DNA from: a virus
Lineage: Duplodnaviria > Caudoviricetes
Strand: one strand, 5' to 3'
DNA: 64,000 nucleotides
Virus record (IMG/VR): IMGVR_UViG_3300034073_002120
Part shown: piece after piece, positions 58,349 through 64,000 of the stretch
Layout: each line of letters begins with the position of its first letter
How positions within the stretch are numbered: position 1 is the stretch's first letter
Notes under the pieces: model-generated
The model's input: the letters and a program-made list of their open reading frames with translations, nothing else
The model's database searches: none
Told to the model about the DNA's origin: nothing
Position numbers and translations under genes: made by a program

Positions 58349-59617
58349 TTATCTAGTAAATGTTAAACTTGCCCATGTACCTTTAAGACCTTGGTCAATT
58401 GCTCTTACTCTAATATACCATGTACCAGCAGATAATAATGTGTTTACTTCAATATTAGCTTCACTCCATTCAGTATAATCATAAGTAGGAGAACTAAAAT
58501 CAGAATTATTATCTATTTGTATATCGTAAGCAGTAATACCACCAGTTCCTACCGATGATGGTGCAACCCAAGTCACAAACGGAGTTGAATATGTTAAAGA
58601 TGTAGGTGCACCAGGTGCTGCTAAATCAGTATGAGAGTTTCCTCCTTTATTGTGAGTTACATACCCATTTACTAAATAAGTATCTTCTTCTTCAACGTCT
58701 ATCGATATAATTTCAGTTGTTTTAACAATCATTTCATTACTAATAACATCTTTTTCTACCAATACACCACTTTCTTCTCTAATTAATTTATCGTCAGTAG
58801 TAATTCTAAAAATTTCTTTGAATTTATATAACCCATCTTCACCATCTTTTACTAATAATGGGTGTTCTGATGTTGCTGTTATTTCTCCATCGTTTATATC
58901 ATAATATTTAGACGAGAATGAATATATAATATTTTTTATAGTTACATCTTTTTCAGATGCTGATAAAGTTTCGGTATTCCAATTATAAAAATTACCATCA
59001 GAATCCGTAGATAATCCATTTAATGAATATCCTTTTAAAACATCACCTTCATTCAAATCACCTGCTTCAACAATTGTTCCATCTGCTAAAATTACAGGCG
59101 AATCAATTGTCAGACACAATGCAGTAGAGTTTCCATCATATGAATCTACTGAATAAACTGTCTTATCTTTATTTGTATTATATCCTGTTGCATGGTCATT
59201 AAATCCATCATTAAATACAACACGTAATGTATGTGATTGAGCTGCCATTAAAGATGTTTGTGCTGATGGAGATTGTGGATTCATCGTTCCTACTGAAAAA
59301 GTACAACTAATACCACTATTTGTTCCTAATGTAATATATGAACCTGCTGCTACACTCCATGTAAAGTTTGCTGCTCTACTACTAATTCTACCAAAGTTAG
59401 CACCATCTCCACTAAATCCTAATGTATATGTTTCAGTTGTACCCTCTACTGCGTAAGTATAACCACTAATTGAACCAACCGAATCAATAGCAAATGATGA
59501 CATTGCGATTGGACCAGTTGTATTACCTTTTGCTGCAGAAAGAGATTTGGTAGATTGACCAGTAGCAGATGCTAATGAATTTAAACTTAATGTATTTCCG
59601 GATGTTAGTGTTGCCAT
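58349..59617 (-). CDS. Virion protein with a Hint (intein-like) domain and C-terminal FN3 domain
   Basis: CLTIDSPV (block A), TSEHP (block B), YLVNGYVTHN (blocks F/G) at 59116-58649, then PGAPTSL...W...Y.I...WYIRVRA. Confidence 0.8.
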   Translation of the reverse strand: MATLTSGNTLSLNSLASATGQSTKSLSAAKGNTTGPIAMSSFAIDSVGSISGYTYAVEGTTETYTLGFSGDGANFGRISSRAANFTWSVAAGSYITLGTNSGISCTFSVGTMNPQSPSAQTSLMAAQSHTLRVVFNDGFNDHATGYNTNKDKTVYSVDSYDGNSTALCLTIDSPVILADGTIVEAGDLNEGDVLKGYSLNGLSTDSDGNFYNWNTETLSASEKDVTIKNIIYSFSSKYYDINDGEITATSEHPLLVKDGEDGLYKFKEIFRITTDDKLIREESGVLVEKDVISNEMIVKTTEIISIDVEEEDTYLVNGYVTHNKGGNSHTDLAAPGAPTSLTYSTPFVTWVAPSSVGTGGITAYDIQIDNNSDFSSPTYDYTEWSEANIEVNTLLSAGTWYIRVRAIDQGLKGTWASLTFTR

Positions 59618-59626
59618 ATTTTTTTC

Positions 59627-60625
59627 CTATATGTTATAAATATCTAATAAAGATTTAATCCATTTATCTTTATCAGTATAACATTCTTTCATATATTCTT
59701 TTATCTTATTAAACCAAAATAATTTTGTTTCGTAAGATTGCGTTATAATCTCACTATAAATATCATTAAATTCCTTTTTAGATGATACACGATATGGATA
59801 TTCTAAATTAGGACACCAATCTATGTGTATTATAGGTAATTTACCCCTATCTACTGCTTCAAATATAGAATACCCAAATGGTTCTGCTGTAAATGCAGAA
59901 TGTGATATTCCCCAATCCATATCATAAAATTTATCTTTAAATTCTGAATTATAATGATACATCTTAGATTTAGATAAATCTATTTTTACTCCGTTTTTCC
60001 ATAAAATATTAAATTCAAACGAATTTGTAAAAATATATGAAGGCAATTTATCTAAATAATGTGGATTTTTTCTACCTTCACTTCTAGCTGCAAATCCGAT
60101 ACGATTCGATTCTGAAAGTGGTTTGTTATAACAAAATTCATAAAAATTTGGTATATTGGTAGTGGTATATGGAATATTATATAATCCAACCCATATATTA
60201 TAATTAGTCCATTCAGTAACTTGCTGTTCCCATTCAGAACTCATCCACGGATGCCAACCAACCGGAACATCACTCAATACTTGCGATGTTAAAACTCTAT
60301 CTACGGAATTATGAAGTACGTTAGAATGGATTTTATTACTATTATCCACAATTGGTTTCATAGGTGTATAATGACCATGTAAAATGTTAATTCTACGAGC
60401 ACCATTACATAATTCTTCAAATTTTTGAATATCATCACCATGCCAATAAGTTTCAATTGGAAATTGGTAATCTTCGTGGCCTTTTGGTTTGTTTCTATGA
60501 ATTAAAAGAATTGGTTTGACCTCTAATTTAGGTGCAATCAATTCCATCCATAAATTTACCCACATATCAGAACCTGCATTTACCCAAGGTCCACCACCAG
60601 TGGTGTAATAAACATCATAAACCAT
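59627..60625 (-). CDS. GT-B glycosyltransferase within the structural module
   Basis: RKNP and EPFGYSIFEA GT4-like motifs. Confidence 0.7.
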   Translation of the reverse strand: MVYDVYYTTGGGPWVNAGSDMWVNLWMELIAPKLEVKPILLIHRNKPKGHEDYQFPIETYWHGDDIQKFEELCNGARRINILHGHYTPMKPIVDNSNKIHSNVLHNSVDRVLTSQVLSDVPVGWHPWMSSEWEQQVTEWTNYNIWVGLYNIPYTTTNIPNFYEFCYNKPLSESNRIGFAARSEGRKNPHYLDKLPSYIFTNSFEFNILWKNGVKIDLSKSKMYHYNSEFKDKFYDMDWGISHSAFTAEPFGYSIFEAVDRGKLPIIHIDWCPNLEYPYRVSSKKEFNDIYSEIITQSYETKLFWFNKIKEYMKECYTDKDKWIKSLLDIYNI

Positions 60626-60630
60626 TTATT

Positions 60631-61365
60631 TTATTTTTTAACTATAATTTGTCCTGTAAAGTTTGTAGAAAATGTTACTGATAATACATTTACCGATGTA
60701 GATTCTATTATCGATGGTAATTCTTGTCTTTTATTTGTAGTGTTCCATGCTTGAACTAATGGATATTCTTCATTTAAGTTATGAGTAATTGTATATACCG
60801 AATTACCAGTCACTGTCGTTTTATATGTGGTTAGTTCTACAATTTTTTCTTCTAATCCACTAATATTATTTGAATCTACTGAACCACTAACTATATGACC
60901 ACCTTTTGCTACAACTACATATCCACTATGTGTAGATGCTAAACCGATTGTTGCAGTATTATTGTCAGTAAGTGTTATTGATGATGGTATAATTTGTGAA
61001 TCATTCGAACCATACACCGAAACTATTACATTTTTTGTTGCGAAATTATGAGATACTGAAATTGATGATTGATTGTCAAACGAAGCAGTAACTGTTGCTA
61101 TTTGTGAAACGTTAGCTTGAACGTTTGTAATTTGTGAACCATCACCTTTGAAATATGAAGCTGTTACGGCACCGAATAAATTAATCGAACCAGTTATTAA
61201 GGCATCAGTAACTACTACTGATTGGATTGATGGTGTTCCATTATCTTTCTCAAAAAATATTCGACCATCATAAGTATTTACCGCCAACTCACCTAATTCT
61301 AATGAGCTGGTTGTAGGTACTTTACCTTGAACTGCGGTTCTTTTTAACTTTACTACTTGTGCCAT
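60631..61365 (-). CDS. Fibre adaptor / virion protein, paralogue of 63084-63722
   Basis: MAQVVKLKR...LELGELAVN..DGRIFF N-terminal module plus HN(L/F) beta domains. Confidence 0.65.
   Translation of the reverse strand: MAQVVKLKRTAVQGKVPTTSSLELGELAVNTYDGRIFFEKDNGTPSIQSVVVTDALITGSINLFGAVTASYFKGDGSQITNVQANVSQIATVTASFDNQSSISVSHNFATKNVIVSVYGSNDSQIIPSSITLTDNNTATIGLASTHSGYVVVAKGGHIVSGSVDSNNISGLEEKIVELTTYKTTVTGNSVYTITHNLNEEYPLVQAWNTTNKRQELPSIIESTSVNVLSVTFSTNFTGQIIVKK
60851..60927. repeat. 77-bp direct repeat, copy 1
   Basis: 74/77 identical to 63214-63290; 48-bp exact core at 60880-60927. Confidence 0.9.
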
Positions 61366-61409
61366 ATGTATGACTTATCGATTTCATTATATAATTACTT
61401 AAATTAGAA

Positions 61410-61427
61410 ACTCCTTATATAAGGAGT
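61410..61427. promoter_or_regulatory. Perfect 18-bp intergenic palindrome
   Basis: ACTCCTTATATAAGGAGT between two fibre genes. Confidence 0.5.
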
Positions 61428-61433
61428 GTTGGA

Positions 61434-63038
61434 TTATAATCCGTTTTCTAATTTATTAATTCTGTTTGTTAATTCTTCTATTTGTGATTGTTGTTCTTTT
61501 ATACCTTCAATCAATAAAGCAACTAACTTATCATATTTAACTGCTTTATATCCACTCTCACGAGTTTGAACTAATTGTGGAAGAACCTCTTCGATTTCCT
61601 GAGCAATTACACCTACATCATTTCCTTCATATCCGTGCTCAATTTTATTTTCTTCTTTCCAATCATATGTGTAACCACCAATTTTAGTAATTTTATTTAA
61701 TGGTGATTCAATTGGTTTGATATTATCTTTAAATCTTCTATCAGATGATGAGTATGCAACGATGTCGTTTGTAGCATCAATTCTACCAGATGTACCACTT
61801 GCAGCCATTCCAATTCCTAATGAACCAAATTGTACGTTTGCTGATGTACCACCACCAGTTGTAGATGATAATACCACTTGAGATGAACCACTAATTGTAC
61901 CAGATGGTAAAATAGCAGTTACACTACCAGCAGTGACTGTTCCTATTGTTGTAATCGAATCATCACCACTATATGTTCCACCTGCAACTGCAGCTAATGT
62001 AGAGTTGTATGCTTGAACGTTAGTACCGATAGCAAGACCTAAATTAGTTCTAGCTGCTGATACATCAGTTAAATCTGATAAATTAGATGCTTTTGATAAT
62101 TTACCATCAACTAATGTAGTTAATGTAGAATCACCACTTGCAAGTGAAGCTGAAATTTCTAATAAAGTATCAAACGCAGCACTAGCACCACCAATCAAAT
62201 CAGTTAATTCTTGTTGAACGTATGCAGTTGTTGCAATTTGTGTTGAATTCGTATTTGCAGTTGCGGTTGGTGCAGTTGGTGTTCCTGTCAACTCAGCATT
62301 GGTAAACATAGTTGCCTTACTCTCATTTGTAACATTACCTAAACCTACTTGAGTAGCAGTTACAGAGTGTGGGTTTGATGTGTTAGAAATGTGAGAAGAT
62401 ATTGTTGAATAATTTGTAGTTGCAGTTACATCAATTTGTGATGAACCAGAAACTACACCTAATGAATTATTGTATGCTAAAACATTCAAGTCAAAGTTTG
62501 TAATAGTATCTGCGTTTACTTGAGTAGAACCACTAATTACACCTAATGAGTTGTTATATGCTAAAACGTTAGAATCAAAATTAGTAATTGAATCTGCGTT
62601 TATTTGTGATGAACCCGAAACAATACCACTACCATTTGTAATCGTTGCTAATGTAATAGAACCACCTAATGAGGTAGATGTTCCTGCGATTGTTATTGAT
62701 TTATTAGTAATTGCAGTTCCGTCTACTTGTGACGAACCACTAATAGTTCCGATTGGTAAAAGAGATGTTACTTGTGCAGAAGATGATACAATACCATCAC
62801 CACCAGTATTTAAGTATCTAGCATCAAAATCGGTTGTAAGTTGAGATGAACCTGAGATAATTCCAGTTCCACCAAATGTCAATCCACTACCATTACCACT
62901 AAATGTTCCACCTGTAAATGATGCACCTTGATATGAACCACTAAATGACCCACTATATACACTACCTTGTGGTAAAGTAATTGTTGCACCATTTGCGAAC
63001 GTTAGTGAACCTGAAACTATTGGACTATGTATTATCAT
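61434..63038 (-). CDS. Tail fibre with C-terminal peptidase S74 intramolecular chaperone
   Basis: SSDRRFKDNI...GVIAQEIEEVLP...VKYDKL..LLIEGIKE; GxxSGSSQ repeats. Confidence 0.88.
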   Translation of the reverse strand: MIIHSPIVSGSLTFANGATITLPQGSVYSGSFSGSYQGASFTGGTFSGNGSGLTFGGTGIISGSSQLTTDFDARYLNTGGDGIVSSSAQVTSLLPIGTISGSSQVDGTAITNKSITIAGTSTSLGGSITLATITNGSGIVSGSSQINADSITNFDSNVLAYNNSLGVISGSTQVNADTITNFDLNVLAYNNSLGVVSGSSQIDVTATTNYSTISSHISNTSNPHSVTATQVGLGNVTNESKATMFTNAELTGTPTAPTATANTNSTQIATTAYVQQELTDLIGGASAAFDTLLEISASLASGDSTLTTLVDGKLSKASNLSDLTDVSAARTNLGLAIGTNVQAYNSTLAAVAGGTYSGDDSITTIGTVTAGSVTAILPSGTISGSSQVVLSSTTGGGTSANVQFGSLGIGMAASGTSGRIDATNDIVAYSSSDRRFKDNIKPIESPLNKITKIGGYTYDWKEENKIEHGYEGNDVGVIAQEIEEVLPQLVQTRESGYKAVKYDKLVALLIEGIKEQQSQIEELTNRINKLENGL

Positions 63039-63083
63039 CTCTTTTTTCCTTAATTATTTTAACTTATAATAAATATATATTTT

Positions 63084-63722
63084 TTAAATAGAACCTCCGT
63101 CTATTTGTGTTATTGTTGTTGCGTTTGCAGTTCCTGTCACATCACCATTTAATGTAATTTGTGCAGAACCACTAAATACTCCTAAAACATTCACTTGATT
63201 TGTTACAGCAGTATCTAATCCACTAATGTTATTTGAATCAATTGAACCACTAACTATATGACCACCTTTTGCTACAACTACATATCCACTTTGAGCAGAT
63301 GATAATGTAATTGTTATGGTATTATCATCAGTATGTCTTAGTGATGTTGGAATAATTTGATACCCGTCTGAATCATAAACTTGTGCAATTGCGTTTGGAG
63401 TATCTAAATTATGATTTACAACCCATGTAGATGAATTGGTAAATGAACGTTGAACTGTTGCATTTTGAGATACTGATATACCAGTCAATCTACTACCATC
63501 ACCTACAAATGCAGATGCAGTAATAGCACCACTTAAATTTATCGAACCAGTTATTGGATTAGAGGTGTTAGTTGCAACTAATTCTTGTATAGTATCGTTT
63601 CCTTTTTTGAAAAAAACTTTACCATCAGTAACGTTCATAGCAATTTCACCATATTCCAACGAACCAGTAGCGGGAACTGCCCCACTTGTAGTGGAACGTT
63701 TAAATTTAATGATTTGTGCCAT
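63084..63722 (-). CDS. Fibre adaptor / virion protein, paralogue of 60631-61365
   Basis: MAQIIKFKR...LEYGEIAMN..DGKVFF; NHNL domain. Confidence 0.65.
   Translation of the reverse strand: MAQIIKFKRSTTSGAVPATGSLEYGEIAMNVTDGKVFFKKGNDTIQELVATNTSNPITGSINLSGAITASAFVGDGSRLTGISVSQNATVQRSFTNSSTWVVNHNLDTPNAIAQVYDSDGYQIIPTSLRHTDDNTITITLSSAQSGYVVVAKGGHIVSGSIDSNNISGLDTAVTNQVNVLGVFSGSAQITLNGDVTGTANATTITQIDGGSI
63214..63290. repeat. 77-bp direct repeat, copy 2
   Basis: Matches 60851-60927. Confidence 0.9.
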
Positions 63723-63746
63723 AATCTATGTGTTTACTATAAGTAT

Positions 63747-64000
63747 TTATTTGTTTTCCAATTCACTTACTTTTGCAGAAAGTTCTTTTACAGCTTGAAT
63801 TAATACTGAAACTAACTTATCATATTTAACTGCTTTATACCCATTCTCACGAGTTTGAACTAATTCGGGTGCGATTGCTTCAATTTCTTGTGCGATTACT
63901 CCTAAATCATGTCCTTCGTATCCATGTTCAATTTTATTTTCTTCTTTCCAATCAAATTCATATCCACCGATTTGATTAATCTTATCTAATGCATTTTCGA
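63747..64000 (-). CDS. C-terminal S74 chaperone domain of another fibre protein (5' part outside the window)
   Basis: Hand translation: ENALDKINQIGGYEFDWKEENKIEHGYEGHDLGVIAQEIEAIAPELVQTRENGYKAVKYDKL...ELENK-stop. Confidence 0.88.
   Translation of the reverse strand, partial: ENALDKINQIGGYEFDWKEENKIEHGYEGHDLGVIAQEIEAIAPELVQTRENGYKAVKYDKLVSVLIQAVKELSAKVSELENK

Noticed and set aside
58649-59116. True splicing intein or mobile element
   Set aside because: The +1 residue is Lys, there is no endonuclease domain, and the host protein is structural rather than a conserved enzyme site.
60851-63290. Diversity-generating retroelement TR/VR pair
   Set aside because: No reverse transcriptase in the window; both repeats are inside coding genes away from the C-termini; the three mismatches are not adenine-specific.

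Overview
This window is an internal segment of a large lytic myovirus (jumbo-type, with a T4-like replisome and contractile tail), not a bacterial chromosome. Every credible gene is on the minus strand. The host is inferred to be Bacteroidota: 13 intergenic TTTG-N20-TAnnTT(T/A)G sigma-A promoters, a Bacteroidota-type TonB-dependent transporter, a small lipoprotein and an Hc1-like protein all point that way. Read in transcription order (high to low coordinate), the modules are: (1) fibre/virion proteins with S74 chaperones, a Hint-domain protein and a glycosyltransferase; (2) sheath, tube, tail-assembly chaperone with a probable +1 frameshift, tape measure and baseplate; (3) small early genes and a minimal PolA-like protein; (4) a secreted nuclease and more virion proteins; (5) SSB, RecA, RNase H, helicase, NrdAB and thioredoxin; (6) a tightly coupled cluster of SAM/SPPY transferase, dCMP-type thymidylate-synthase homologue, AsnB amidotransferase and PLP fold-II enzyme, followed by a restriction-modification-like pair, PolB, clamp and a second SPPY transferase; (7) TonB transporter, GroEL, clamp loaders, GroES, 2OG oxygenase, radical SAM, Cas4-like nuclease and a GT4 glycosyltransferase. 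The best candidate for an undescribed system is the four-gene cluster at 19882-24161, probably a nucleobase (cytosine) hypermodification pathway. Second is an apparent two-tier expression scheme: host-promoter genes lack Shine-Dalgarno sites, while late genes carry an ATAYTTATW motif and SD-like sites. All family assignments come from motifs read by eye; no database searches or counts were run.
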